The notes below the pieces were generated by a model. That model worked only from the letters and a program-made list of their open reading frames with translations. It did no database searches and had not been told where the DNA came from. Positions 1 to 14,466 of a stretch of 64,000 nucleotides of DNA are shown piece after piece. The stretch lies in contig CM097885.1 of NCBI GenBank assembly GCA_044892525.1, positions 41,356,001 to 41,420,000 on the forward strand. The letters are read 5' to 3'. Each line of letters starts with the position of its first letter. The stretch's first letter is position 1. A program made the translations under genes and the position numbers. This DNA comes from Schmidtea polychroa. Lineage: Eukaryota.

Positions 1-1
1 G

Positions 2-124
2 GCACAAGAGCGGCTAAATGGATTAGCAATGCTTCATATTAATAACGAGATTGCAAGAAACCTAAATTTTAGTGAAATAATTGATAAATTTGCAATTTCA
101 AAATCCCGTAAATCATTAATATAA
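2..124 (+). pseudogene. 3' end of a hAT transposase (dimerisation domain), truncated by the window start; probable right TIR ends at about 234
   Basis: Frame 2 reads QERLNGLAMLHINNEIARNLNFSEIIDKFAISKSRK, a typical hAT C-terminus. It is followed by a GC-rich end (ggccccgggcccc...ggccctg). Confidence 0.75.
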
Positions 125-368
125 TAAAATTTGTTTTTATATTGTGTTGTCGCTAACTATATATATTTTTTAATTATTAAAAAGAGGCCCCAAAAAAATT
201 TGGCCCCGGGCCCCGCACTCTCTCGTAGGCCCTGATTATAAGCTAGATTAGTAATGGGAAATTCTAGTTTTAAAAATTTATTTATATGACCATGTATGTT
301 AACTCTAAAAATTCATAATCAAATTTAAAATTAATTTGTAATATTTGATATGGCGAATTAGTATAGAT

Positions 369-663
369 CAGTGATTCTCAACCTTTTTTTGTTGCAGCAC
401 ACTTTTAACGAATTCAAAATTTTGGGGCACACAAAAGTTTCTATAATACACGTTAGTGTGTGCATCAGTGACTATGAGAAAGACTTTATGAGAAAGTGAA
501 GTGATTTACTTCATTTATTCAGTTGCATAAATGGTTTTCAAGTAAGTTTTTTAAATTTAAGTAACTTTTAAGTCTTGAATTTTGATTTTATATAATTATT
601 TATTTTGAGTTATTTCGATATATTATATCTATAATTTCGCAGTACACTGGTTGAGAATCAATG
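369..663. mobile_element. hAT-type MITE
   Basis: TIRs CAGTGATTCTCAACC / GGTTGAGAATCAATG; 8-bp flanks gtatagat / gtatagaa (7/8 TSD). Confidence 0.8.
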
Positions 664-1402
664 GTATAGAATCTATAGATGTTTAAAAATTTCCTATACA
701 TTTATAAATTGTTATGGGAAACCAACTTCCATTAGAGCTTCCTGTTATATATGATGTTCAAGATTTAATAATGGACGAGCTTATATTTAATGATAGTAAG
801 CAAGTAGTAGGACCTTGATAAGAAACTATAAAAGTGAATTGTAGACAAAGTTCAAGAATTAATAATATCTAAGTCTTGTATTTCACTAAATCAAATATTG
901 AATGAGATTGGAACATCATAAAGTATAAAGTATTCTTTTAGATATTTCTAATACCGAAAACAGTAAGCTAAATGGTTCATTTATGAATTAAGTGATCATA
1001 ATAAAGGTCAAAAATGATAAATGCAAGACTTTTCAAAAAAGTAGTTACTTGTGATGTCGCTACGTTTGAAAATGCTTTAAACAAAACAATAATTGAGATT
1101 TTGTATAGAATCTGTTTGAGATGTTCCAAAAATATTTCGGTTTGCTAATAAAGGTGATAAGTTCTGCTGTCATATTTTGTTATGGGATTTTTATAATTGA
1201 CATTTGAAAAACTGACAAGAATTTAAATTTCTTATAATGGTGAATTATAAAAGTTTTATTGAAAAGTTAATTATTAAAAGAGAAACAATTTAATACATAT
1301 AATTTATAAAATCTCAGTTTTGGCTGTCCCTTCATTCAAAGAGTTTAGGAATACAATTTTAAGAAATGTTTGAGTGAAGAATGTTTTGATATTTATTTTA
1401 AA

Positions 1403-1431
1403 CTAGCCGTTGTTCCCGACTTCGCCCGAGT
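1403..1431 (-). mobile_element. Helitron-like 3' terminus
   Basis: Minus strand reads CTCGGGCGAAGTCGGGAACAACGGCTAG|T: a GC-rich subterminal stretch plus CTAG before T. The 5' end was not located. Confidence 0.45.
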
Positions 1432-1889
1432 TTACATTTATTATAATAATTCATTTAAATTAATTTTTTGTTTAATGATGTTATTACGTTCCAGTATTAA
1501 TTTTATAACAACTTCAATTCCATGTTTAATTCACAATAAGAAAAGCTTTCAAAATAAATTTCAATTTGTAAAATTGAAAACGCACTCCAATTTAAATCGA
1601 AAAATAACTGACAGTATTTTTCCAATTGCAAACTGGTTCACCAGAGCCATAACTAGGGAAAATGGCTCCCGGGCGAGATTGAAATTTGGCGCCCCTGATG
1701 CCAAAAGAATCCACCACTCCCATTAATTATGTACTTACAGGAATGGAATTGGCCTTGAAGAGTCAAATTAAGATGCAAAGCTATACAATGCTTAACCAAA
1801 CTTATATTATAACGAAAACCAATTAATTATAAATATTTATTATACATGTGTATATACATATATAGCTTCATCTCCCATATCAGCCAGTG

Positions 1890-2110
1890 GCCGAGTTTGC
1901 AAAAAATGAAAAAATAATTCTGATTCTTTTCTCAATATTGAATAGGCTATTCTCCGATTTCTCGTTTTTATATACAGACTACTGCATCGGGCATATCGAT
2001 ATCTATAACCATTATCATCAATTGTTCTTCCTTCTTTCGAACGATTTTCAAGATCTTTCCAGACTAAGTAACATTTTCTATGCTCAAAACTGTTTTCATG
2101 ATCAGCCACC
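1890..2110 (-). pseudogene. Fragment of a ZMYM1-like hAT transposase
   Basis: HENSFEHRKCYLVWKDLENRSKEGRTID resembles the segment after the TTF-type zinc finger of this hAT group. Confidence 0.55.
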
Positions 2111-2503
2111 TTCGGATTTAGCCGCCCGTTTGTAATGATTTTTTAATGTTGTTTGTAAAGTTTATTTGTAATTAATATGATAATTTATATTACCTATATG
2201 TAATTTATGTAATTATAAAATAAAATTATTGAACAAAATATGCATTGTTTAATTTTATGTGTGTATTACTGGTTAATGGTCTTAGATGCCAAAACCAAAT
2301 CAATGAATTTTAAAAAATGTGAAATTCGCTTAATTGGGACAAAATGCCCAAGTCCCGATGTATCCCAATTAAGCGGAATCGACTATATATATATATATAT
2401 ATTTCATATATAAGCAGACTGATTTCTCACTCAAATAACCCTAAAATAAAAGTTCTCAAGAAAAATTGCAAATTCAGAAATTGATATTGCAATATAATTT
2501 AAA

Positions 2504-2505
<2 letters not shown>

Positions 2506-2560
<55 letters not shown>
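2506..2560. repeat. (TA)n microsatellite
   Basis: Pure TA run. Confidence 0.95.
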
Positions 2561-2563
<3 letters not shown>

Positions 2564-3000
2564 ACATAAATCAACAATTGATAAGGTTTTCGATAAGATT
2601 GTGTCAGTTAATATGCTGGCAAATTTGTTGACATAGTTTGTTACAAAATATTATCATTAATTTATTGATTTTATTAAATAAAACCTAGTTATTCGATATC
2701 TGGTATACAAAATACCAATAGACGAGACTGTAAAGGATATAGATTTAACTTAATATATTACTAATAATTTGTCAGTAAAGTTAATTTCTATCAAAATAAT
2801 TTCTGTTCAAATAAATGAATTACAGGTTCAATAAATAGATTTTATATTGATATTTTCTTAATTTTATTTTAAAAATTCACCATAATAACATCTTTGTATT
2901 TGAATGCTTTTTTCCCTGTCTTAATAAGTTTCCACCTTAGCCTTAATGAATAATCAAAGGTGATTTAGTATTTCCATCTGCCACCTCACTTAATGTATTC

Positions 3001-4857
3001 CAGGGGTGCCCACTAATTTTTCTAGGAGAGCTACATTCACATCCAAAATGTGTATGCGATCTACTTTTTTAATACTTACATAATATTTACCTACAATGCA
3101 ATAAATTCATCACAATAAAACAAATATATGTCAAAATATGGAAAATTAAAGTATATAACTATTTATTATAAAAAAATGTAACTTAGGAAATCAAATTTAA
3201 TGAAAATTATTTTTATATAGAACTTTTCGATGTTGATGCTCTACATTGGGTTGAATCCACTAGATTTTTGTAGTTTGGGATATAAGTGCTAAGACAACTT
3301 CTTAGGCTGGATTCCAAATGGTCATCTGTTAATGTTGCTCGGTACTTTGACTTTATAATTTTCATATGTGAAAATGCAGACTCACATAAATAAGTTGAAC
3401 CAAAAAATGATACTAAATTTTCGAAGCATTTTTTCAAGTTTGAATATTTATCCTCTGATAGATATTTCCATACATTTGGTTCGGAAGATCTTGATTTAAT
3501 GAAGATATCATTTTGAAGTGTGATTATTTCCATTTCAAGTATAGGAATATCCATTTTAAACAAAGTTGAAATTGAATCTGCAACAATTTCTGGTTTTATT
3601 TTTGGATTAAACGGAAAGGACATAAATGCAGCCACAATTTCAAGTTTCTTGAAGTCTTGAAAACGTCTCTCGAACTCTAAAACCAAAATTTTGATCTGTT
3701 CCGCATATCTCGTAATATTAAAGTTGACATTTTCAGATTCTTTTAATTGTGACAACATATTTGGAAAATAACTTAAATTTTTGTCTTCTATTTTGGTAAT
3801 AAGTAAATGAAGCTTTTGTATAAATGCATTGATTGAACTTATCATATCGAATATCAATTTATCCTTACCTTGTAAGTCGAGATTTAATTCATTCAGAATT
3901 GCAGTAATATCTACTAAAAATGCCAAATCCAAGAGCCAAACATCATCTTCCAATTGCTTGAACTCATCACCTCTTGCGGCAAGGAACAACTTAATCTCAG
4001 AAAGCAAATCTCTAAATCTTTGTAAGAATTTTCCTCTACTTAGCCACCTTACATCTGAATGCATCAGTAATTCAGTAGGATCTTCGCTATTACTTATTTC
4101 TTGGACTCTCCGTGTAACTGTATTACGGGACAATTGCATATCAGTAATAGCAGAAATTATATCTGATTTATTTTTAAAATCACAAAATAATGATTCTGCC
4201 GCTTCTAAAAATGCTTCTTTTACAATTACTCCATCACTAAAAGATTTCTTATTTTTTGCCAGAATGTAGCTTACTCGGAAAGATGCAGCTGTAGCTGACT
4301 TTGATTTGGATGTTAGCTTCGTAAAAAATGACTGTTGAAAAGAAATGCATGTTTTCAGTTCCATGATTTTAGACTTGCGTAGTTCACTGTCAAGTGGATA
4401 ATCAACTGCAAAATTCTTATGAATTGTCTTGAAATGCCTTTCCAAATTCCCTCTTTTTGGTAATGAAATAGTAGCTTTACAAATTAAGCAACAACATTTA
4501 CCTTTAATCATTACAAAAAAGTACTCCTTCTCCATTTCTTCGCTATAATGATAAGTATTGGCTTTTTTATTTAGCATTTTTTTATTTAGCATTTTTAAAC
4601 AAAATTAATTTAACAAAAAAGCTTAAGAAAATTTTTCACTTTGTTACACCAACCAAAATTAAATTAAACTAAATAACATTTTGGAAATGGTGAAATCAAA
4701 ATTAAAAAATGTTATTTAGTATTACCATAGAAATGGAACACAGAACATTTAAGCATAAAACAGAAATTTTATATAAAATCTAAATTTATATAAAAAATAT
4801 TTTTTTTATGAAGATCTACTAAAAAATCCTTCGCGATCGACCTTATGGGCACCCCTG
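3001..4857 (-). mobile_element. hAT (Buster/SPIN/GTF2IRD2-like) DNA transposon, internally deleted
   Basis: TIRs CAGGGGTGCCCA / TGGGCACCCCTG; perfect 8-bp TSD ATGTATTC at 2993-3000 and 4858-4865. Confidence 0.92.
3213..4592 (-). CDS. Truncated hAT transposase: Zn finger, VRWLSRG region and dimerisation domain present, N-terminal half of the DDE core missing
   Basis: CLIC...NLERHFKTIH zinc finger; SRNTVTRRVQEI joined directly to ELLMHSDVRWLSRG; FGSTYLCESAFSHM C-terminus. Confidence 0.85.
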   Translation of the reverse strand: MLNKKMLNKKANTYHYSEEMEKEYFFVMIKGKCCCLICKATISLPKRGNLERHFKTIHKNFAVDYPLDSELRKSKIMELKTCISFQQSFFTKLTSKSKSATAASFRVSYILAKNKKSFSDGVIVKEAFLEAAESLFCDFKNKSDIISAITDMQLSRNTVTRRVQEISNSEDPTELLMHSDVRWLSRGKFLQRFRDLLSEIKLFLAARGDEFKQLEDDVWLLDLAFLVDITAILNELNLDLQGKDKLIFDMISSINAFIQKLHLLITKIEDKNLSYFPNMLSQLKESENVNFNITRYAEQIKILVLEFERRFQDFKKLEIVAAFMSFPFNPKIKPEIVADSISTLFKMDIPILEMEIITLQNDIFIKSRSSEPNVWKYLSEDKYSNLKKCFENLVSFFGSTYLCESAFSHMKIIKSKYRATLTDDHLESSLRSCLSTYIPNYKNLVDSTQCRASTSKSSI

Positions 4858-5783
4858 ATGTATTCAATATAAATCCAGTTGATCTCACTCTTACATGATT
4901 CTAAACTAATAAATCCCCTTTTTCAATACTGAAATCTTCAAAAAATGATACAATTTCATCCGACAACAATGTTTCTTTGAAATAATTATATGAGACAAAA
5001 ATTTGCCTAAATATTGCAACCAATACCCATTTATCGTCTGATAATATTGATAAAATCTATCGTTTTTCTAATGTAACCTTTAATTCTACGTCACATTCTT
5101 TTGATTCCCTTTATCATCAGGATTTTTTGAATGACTTTTTTGTATTGTCGGTAATCTTCACATTTGATGGTTCTTTGTTTAAGTATGAATAGCATTAACC
5201 TTGTTTCGTAACACAATACTCTTTAAGGATATAGATTTTTGATAAACAAATCTTTTTCCAATTTTCAACATTACAACGCAGAAAAATCCAATAACGTATC
5301 AGCATTATTCACTTCGCCATATCCATCTGTCCACATAAATAGACAATTGATAATCTTTTCGATAATATTGTGATAGTTAATGCGTTGCGTGCTGGAAAAT
5401 TTTTTGAAATAGCTTTTTATAATTTACCAGCAATTTATTGATTTTATTAGATAAAACAAATTATTCAATATCTAATATGTAAAATGCTAAGTGGTAATCA
5501 TCAAAAATATAGCCCTATATACATAGAAACTTAACTTGATATATTACTTATAATTTGTCAGTAGAAGTCAATTTCTTCAATAAATAATTAATTTTAATTT
5601 TAATTAAAAAATATACCATAATAAATTATTAATTTAGTTATATTAATATATAATATTAAATAAAAATCGGAAATTTATTAATGAATATATCTTAAAAATA
5701 ACTTATAGATAGTTACTAAACGAATACAAATTATAAGATTCATTAATAATGTGCAATAACTACCATAATTAACAAATATTTAC

Positions 5784-6096
5784 TTCTCTTGCAAGTGCTT
5801 TATCCCAATTGATTGATCTAAAGAAAAAATGCCTTTTAATTTCTTCAACATCTTTTTCACCTCCTCCTAATCTAGCCTTAGGATTTTTATTCAATAAATT
5901 TTTCAGTAAGTGTTTGCCAGAATCAGTGAGGAATCTCGGTACCTTCAATTTTGTGCTAATAACTTTCTGGATAACTTGACTACGATTTCCACCGATAAAT
6001 GGTGAGTTGCCAATAAGCATATCATACAACAAGATGCCCATACTCCACCAGTCAACACTCGGGCCATGACCGCGACGTTGAAGAATTTCAGGAGCC
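5784..6096 (-). CDS. RPS6KB1: S6 kinase-like gene, exon 6 (C-lobe); AGC C-terminal exon(s) not found in the window
   Basis: APEILQRRGHGPSVDWWSMGILLYDML..RLGGGEKDVEEIKRHFFFRSINW; tttag acceptor, gtaaat donor. Confidence 0.9.
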
Positions 6097-6339
6097 CTAA
6101 ATATATGTAATATGATTGGCTGCGTTCGGACTGTGAAAGATGATGAAAGAAGAGAAAAATAAATAAAAATGACATTTCTCAGGGATGAAAACAAGTGGTC
6201 ATTTGAAAAATGGAATTCGTGACAAACGTCAAAATGGTACCTAGAAGATGCAATTTCAAAAATACAAATTAAAATTTTGTTAATGTCATTATTCTCTCAA
6301 AAATATAATAATTATATGTTTCGATGTATATAACGATAT

Positions 6340-8555
6340 ATAACGATGTTTCAATATCAATTTAATATTTTATATATTAATTCAATAACAATATTTCAAT
6401 ATAAATCAATATTTTATATATTAATTCAATAACAATATTTCAATATAAATCAATATTTTATATATTAATTCAATAACAATATTTCAATATAAATCAATAT
6501 TTTATATATTAATTCAATAACAATATTTCAATATAAATCAATATTTTATATATTAATTCAATAACAATATTTCAATATAAATCAATATTTTATATATTAA
6601 TTCAATAACGATGTTTCAAAATAAATTTAATATCAATGCAGTAAAATCTCGATATAACGGATTTCAGATAAACCGGATAATAATTTCTGCATTTTTTAAA
6701 ATTTTACAAAACTTGAAAAATATGTAATGAAATCTATTTAATTTACTGGCTTATTTCGTTTAAATTAATTATTTTAACGTATTAAAATAGAAACATAGGA
6801 AATATTGTGCTAATACATTGTAATACATTATATTATAATTAATAATACATTATATTATAATTAATACATTATATTATAAAATACTTTATGAATGTTTTCA
6901 TCTGTAATTAAAATTATGATAGTGCGTTTACAGTATATTGAAAATCTAAATAATTCATCGATACCTCTGCTTCCCATGCTTAGTTGTGAATCTTAAGTAA
7001 ATATATGGATTTTAAAGTTTGGTAAAATTATTTTTACATATAGAGATTTGAATTCTAACCAAAATACAAATTTACTTTATCAATACCCTGAATAATAGAT
7101 AAATTTGCACTTAATTGGTAATAAAATTCACTTTGAAAGGTTTTTTGATATTTGTATTTTAATATTTAGTCTGTTTTAATTTATCTACAATAAAGATTTG
7201 ACATTGGATAAAATTTTAACTGCTATTAATAAATTATCAAAATAAAAATTTGTCACATCTTTTAAATTTCCAACTGATAATTGCCTAATTTCTTGATGCA
7301 TAAGCAACAAAATACAATTTAATACACCATTTCTAAATTTAATCATACATAGGCAGAAAATTTGAATTTAATACTCACGAGACATTTTTTGTGGTTGTCT
7401 AGAAAATACACCAATACGTAGTTAAATCAAAATTGTGTGCTCATTTTTTGTCATGAACTTTGGAATAGAACTGGATTTATTTCGTTTTAAAATAAGACAT
7501 TGTTATTAATTGAAATATTATTATTTAATGGATATTGAAATAGTGTTATTGAGCTGATATTGAAACAATATTACTGAATTAATATTGGAATATTGACAGC
7601 GCCGTGTTGTAACCTTTGAGGGCCCCCTGTGCAGAAAACTAAAAAAGACATTTTTTGTTAATTTTTTTAATTTCATTGTGTTTATTTTTATTGATTTTAA
7701 TTAAAAAAATAATAAAAAGAAATTATAAAGCAATTTTTCGAGCTCTTTTCGCGCAAATTCATCAACCATATCAATTATTCTGGAGGCTCCATTTTCAATC
7801 GAAAGTATTGCTAATTAAGAAAGTCTTTCCTGTGATATCGTTTACCGTAAAAAAAATTTCAATATTCGAGGGCCCAGTGTGATTGCCCATGTTCCGCATA
7901 CAATGTTACTGCGCTGAATATTGAAGTTTCTCGAATCATTTTCAGTCATTTTCGATGTGTGGCATTGTCATTTATATCACACATAAATGAAAATGTATTC
8001 AATTTATTTTTTAATATATCCGAAAATGTTTGTTTCTTTATTTCAGATACAGACATCCAATTCTACGACTTTTAGATAACTTTTAATTGCTGTTGAAGCG
8101 TTATCGTAACTCGTTTTCTCCTAACCATATTTTTGACCAAATGAATAAAATATTTATTGACTAATAAATTAAAATCTAGTAACAATGTATTAGCACAATA
8201 TTTCCTATGTTTCTATTCTAATATGTTAAAATAATTAAATTAAACGAAATAAGCCGGTAAATTAAATAGAATCCATTACATATTTTCCAAGTTTTGTAAA
8301 ATTTTAAAAAATGCAGAAATTATTATCCGGTTTATCTGAAATCGAGATTTTACTGCATTGTTATTAAATTTATATTGAAACATCGTTATTGAATTAATAT
8401 ATAAAATATTGATTATATTGAAATATTGTTATTGAATTAATATATAAAATATTAAATTGATATTGAAATATTGTTATTGAATTAATGTATAAAATATTAA
8501 ATTTATATTGAATTATTGTTATTGAGCTGATATTGAAATAATATCACTGATTTAA
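6340..8555. mobile_element. Foldback-like structure in an S6K intron: long inverted arms containing a 44-bp minisatellite
   Basis: About 6600-6825 is the diverged reverse complement of about 8180-8400. The 44-bp unit array (6364-6630) recurs inverted at about 8380-8550. Confidence 0.65.
7597..7916. mobile_element. hAT-type MITE
   Basis: Short TIRs CAGCGCCGT / ACTGCGCTG; perfect 8-bp TSD AATATTGA. Confidence 0.75.
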
Positions 8556-8711
8556 CCCATAGTAATAATGCTGTACTTTACATTTAAGTTTTTTTGATTA
8601 ATGAAATTTAAATAATTATCTTTAGTTGATAAATATTTGTCAATAGTCACAATTATATTGAATAAGTTTATTAGTGGGATAAAATGGGTTCATCAAATTA
8701 ATATTTTCTTA

Positions 8712-9078
<367 letters not shown>

Positions 9079-11339
9079 CTGCAAATTAAAAACTAAAATA
9101 AAGAATATCTTCCATTTTAGAATTTACTCATAAATATAGAAATATTCATGAATTTAAAAATTAAAACAATAAGAAATAGGGAATTAATAATTATACAGAT
9201 CATTGAGATAAGGTATATTCCAATTGTTGAGGATGTCCAAAGTAATATTTTTTGTTTTTGTGGAATCTGGCGGTTTAAAAAAATGTCAAGCCTTAGAAGT
9301 ACCGGAAGCCGAGAGGCAAAACCCGATTGCTATTGTTTGACACAAATAAAAATCTCATTAATTTTTCGAGCGCTAGAGTAGTTAATGTTTTGTGATGATG
9401 TTTGTTTTGCTGAGAAAGCACTTAAACGGTGTAATTGGTTGTTGCTGGTAGTAATTGAAAAACATCGATAAAAATGTATAAAACGAATGTTGAATTTTAA
9501 AGAGAAAAAGTGAAAAGTAAACCGACAAAATTATTGATATTGGATTTTAATTATTTAGCGGAGCCGTAAAATCAAAGTAAAGACAACAGATCAAATTTTA
9601 ATGAAAAACCTAAACCAATGAATGGTCATAAATACTAGTTTCTCCAACACTCCAAAGATATTGAAAAATTATTTCTCTAACTCAAACTACTCCAAATTTT
9701 TATATTTGTCAAATAACAATTCCAAAAATTAATTTTTATTTTCACTTAAATTGTTGATATTTATATCACATGTAATAGTTGCACATCATAATTGCTTCTC
9801 CAAATTAACAACAATAAGGAAACTTCAATTATTATTTTTATTATATTCCATTTTTGAAAAGGATTCACGTAAATGAATGGATCAAAATTTTCTGACAATT
9901 ATTACCAGATTCTTATTTGAAATTGAAAAATTTTCACGTTTTTTTAAAAAATACAAGAATATAAATTACATTGAATATAAACAATCGTTTTCGGAATTGT
10001 ATTGTTAAAACTAAATGTTAAAGTAAACATTTTGAACAACTTATTTTAAATTCTTATCATTGGATACCGTTTTTCAATAACTGTAACGTAGTGCCCAATT
10101 TTTTTCTTTGTCAAACACAATCTAGAATTCATGTCCAATTTGAATAAAGCTAATTATTAAGTTAAATTATACGCTATTTAGTTACAGCAAAGCGTTTAAT
10201 TTCTTCTTGATATAGTAGGCTATAGGCGGGAAGAGACATAGGAGCAAAATTTATTCATTGGTATTTTTATAAGAAAATATAAAAGTCAGTATTGGGAGCT
10301 AGATGGTTAAGTTCTTATACCTTTTATCGTCTTACATTTCAAAATCATTTAAATTTATATCATTTAATTGAGATTACAATAACAAGATTCTTGCTTTGGA
10401 AACCTTAATTAAATGACACGAATGTGATAACGATTGGTTTTCCCCAAGTTATACTTTATTCTAACAAATGAAAGATCAAGAGCTTTTGTTTATTAAGTCG
10501 TTCAGATATCTGTTAATTCTTAAAATCTTTTGAAATAGTTTTTTTCAATTTAGCCACCTTACTTTTAAAAAAATTAATCAACGCCGAATTACATGAATCT
10601 AATTTAATCACATATTATTAAAATAATTGGCACTTAAGTACATAGTTTGTACATTGGATAAAGATCGATATAATAGTTATCAGTGTTAAAGATTAGGAAA
10701 TTTTTATTCGTTTGAAAATTACTTTGAACAATGATAGTAACCTGCTGATTTAAAAGTTTTCTGAATAATCGAGCAATAAAATATAAAAACATTTCTATCT
10801 GAATATTCTTGTTTTTCGATTTCTCTAGTAATTATAATATTAGGACCTTTTCTTTCGGGAGAAAAACTGGAGATGCATCAAAAGACAAACCACTTAAAAT
10901 TTCTAAGTACAAATCCATTTTTAGGAGAATCCATTAATTCATTACCCATTTGCATCATGCAAAAAAGTGAAAAATTGGTCCTTATTAGCAAAATTTTTTA
11001 TTATATCAGAATGAAAATAGTTCATAACTTATAAAAAACTAAAGACAGGATGGCGTAAACAAAAAGTGCTTGAAATGGTCAATTCATTCAGTCACGCTGC
11101 AATTACTAGAATAATAAAATTTGTTTTTTTCTTTTTAGTGATAAACAAACGTTTGTGAACTTTCTTTGATGAAGTTGCTTCAATAAATATTAGAAAATAT
11201 TGATCAGTAAATCTTGATGGTAATAATGGAAATTGTGTAACTGTTTGATTTTTCTCAGTGTTTTTATTTTTTATGTGTTGTTCTATAATTTCTGATGTTA
11301 ATTTTTGTTTGAAGACTCTAAATAATCTATCTTCACGAA

Positions 11340-12060
11340 TAGTTTAAAAATAACTTAATTATTCAAAAGGATTATGTCAAGACAATAAAAAGGTTTTGTA
11401 CACCTGATAGTGACTCAACAGGAAATTAACTAAGAATTTGATCTCGATAAACTCTACTTACTACTTTATTGTAGTAAAACAACTGTTGGTTTTATATCAT
11501 AATATAATCTTGAGTTTTGTAATTTTGTTTTCCCGATTCAGCAACCTCCTGGTTATGCATTGTTGATAACATTAAAACTTCATTTTACATATTTATAACG
11601 TAAATAGTTTTACTCTATAGTATAATGATTTTACCTTGTTCCGATTTCATACTTTCTTATTTATTCTCGTCGTTTGTTTTCAAATTATATAATTTATTAT
11701 ACAAATCAGGGAAACTGTACCAATGTTCAATATATGAACAATGACACTTTACTTTCTTTCATCATATCCAGAAAATTTTTGTGCTCACTAACCCTTTATT
11801 GTGCATATTCTTTCATAAGTATATTCTAAAATTATGTATAAATTTTTAGTATTTTATTCCAAATCTGACTCGCTTTGATTTATTATATTGAATTTAAGGT
11901 ACTCTGCTTATACATTTCATCAATTACTCCTCCAGGGAAACATGGCGTTTATTCTTCTTTGAATGCTTTCATGATCATATCAATTAACTTTACGTAATGG
12001 ATCATCCCGTTGCAAAAATTGGCTCTTATTAAAGTGTAAGTTTCTTGAAATTTGCATAAA
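11340..12060 (-). pseudogene. Highly degenerate piggyBac transposase remnant
   Basis: Fragments IQY..SKRVRFGIK, MLSTMH and KPTV..YYNK..RDQILS in piggyBac order, with many stops and frameshifts. Confidence 0.55.
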
Positions 12061-13072
12061 CCTATTTCACTACATCACTATTCTAAAGTATAGTCTTTCG
12101 GTATTCTTGTCCGTGCTCCAATAACTTTGCAATGTAGAATCTCGGACAAGATACATCAATATTATCAGTCCAAAATAAGCTTTCAATTCCTCTACAGAAA
12201 TGTCTTTGAAACTCAGATCGTTTTTACAAAATCTATTAGTTTCCTTCACAGTGTAGTGTGTTCAAGAATTTCCTCTGTAATGTTCTTTACAGTAAAATTA
12301 ATAATATAGTTATTTAAACAACCAACAGATCTCACAGAAAATTTATGCAATTTAGATTTGTTATTTTTCCATCCCAATCAAAATGATCCTCACTTTGAAA
12401 ACTACCAATAAAGTCACTTTCAGAAAATATCGGAAAAATAAATCTGTATTTTCTAGGTCATTATTACTTCTTCACTGCGTTCAGAATTGCAACTCTTCAT
12501 TTTTATAAACTAAATTACTAATGCACTTTATCAGGAAAAATAATTCATGCACATGTACTTTGGTGTCAAGTACCGGGAAAATTATTCACTCATATGCCTT
12601 TATGGTGCAAATTAATTAAGGTTGTGTCTTTCAGGCTTCGAAGATTAAGGAGTTCTTCTGTTTCATTAAAGTCTATATCTATTTTACGAATAAAAATGGC
12701 ACGAATGCAATAGATATATGACTATAAAATCTTAAGCAAAATCTAACGATTCCCATATCATAAATAGGGAGATAAATAACTTTGTATTTTTGAAAAGTTC
12801 TACCTATCAAATTTTTTGTAATCTTGTTATGATTAACTGCGTCAGTATATAATTAAATTTTTTAAAATTTCATATTTTTCATAAGACTGCTAAATATTTC
12901 ACATATAGATGTTGCAAACTGCTTATTTTAGAGGTAATTAATTTTAGTTAAACAATGAATATGATGCTGATGATAGCATATTTGATAACCAAACTAATGT
13001 TTAAAATTTTTTAATTGTATATATAGTTATTAAAAAAATTGTATAATCTTTTATTTTGAGATTCAGAGTAAA

Positions 13073-13573
13073 CTAGCTGGGGTATCCGACGTTGCACTAT
13101 TTAAAAAATAGTAAACAGATTCAAAATAAAGAAATTTATTTCAAATCTTTCATTTAAAAAAAATAATTTAAAAAATACAAAAATTTAATTAAAAAATAGT
13201 ACATGTAATTTATATATGTAAAGCTTGTCGATAGACTATATTTTTGGTTTTTCTTTCTGGTGCAAAATGAAGATTTCTTGGTGACCCAAAATCTAGAACA
13301 TGCTACATATAGCTGTACATGAACAAAGTATGCTTCCTCAAGTACAATTGCCAATTTCACCTCCTTGGATCATCTACTGTAGTAAATCAGCGTGACCCTG
13401 AGTAGGGTTAGGGTACCCTATGGGGTGGTAATCTGGGGTTGAAACATAACTTATGACCTGTCCCGAGTCAAATGAGGGTCACATGTAAAATTTCAGCACC
13501 CTAGGTCCAACGGTGGGGAATTCTATGGGTAACAAACAAACAAACAAACAAACTTTCATCTTTATATATTAGA
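13073..13573 (-). mobile_element. Non-autonomous Helitron-like element
   Basis: Minus strand starts TC(TAATATATAAAG), has a (TTTG)n tract near the 5' end, ends ..CCCCAGCTAG, and is inserted between A and T. Confidence 0.65.
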
Positions 13574-13598
13574 TTAATTATTCGAATTCTTTAAACAA

Positions 13599-13923
<325 letters not shown>

Positions 13924-14466
13924 GTATAAAACTTTCAATTTTCACCTTTGATTTCTTTTTAATTGACATTGAATTTTTTAAAAATTGACTATGAATTAAT
14001 AAAGGTATTGATGTTTTTTAAATTATATATTTAATAAAATGAAAGAATAAAAAATAGTCCTTTTCAATTTCCTGGAATTTAATTTATTTTCAAATGCTTC
14101 TTGTTCTTTTTTATTTCCTTTTTCTTACTTGTTATTGGTTAAAAATAATAATAAACTTTTTTTTGAAGAATTGAAAAATCTTTATATCCTCTAAAATTCA
14201 AAACCAAACAATAAAAAATTTATAAGATTTTAAAGCTTCTAAATTAGCTCATATAAACCTCTTTTAATAAATAATATTATAGAATATTTAAAAATGAAGT
14301 TTACGATAACTATTTACATAGGCAATTTAAAATGTTTATATTTTGATTTTTTAGTCCTAATTATCTCTAAAATTTTACTTCCTTAAAATTTGATCTAGTT
14401 TTTATATATTATTTTTAAATTATCTTTAAATTTTTAGAAGATATACTCAATGTCAATAACAACTAA

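Noticed and set aside
2560..5580. Diverged direct duplication (about 2560-2800 vs about 5330-5580)
   Set aside because: The similarity is real, but no ORF, termini or motif was found; treated as old repeat debris.
6364..6630. CRISPR-like array
   Set aside because: Head-to-tail 44-bp minisatellite with no unique spacers, in eukaryotic DNA.
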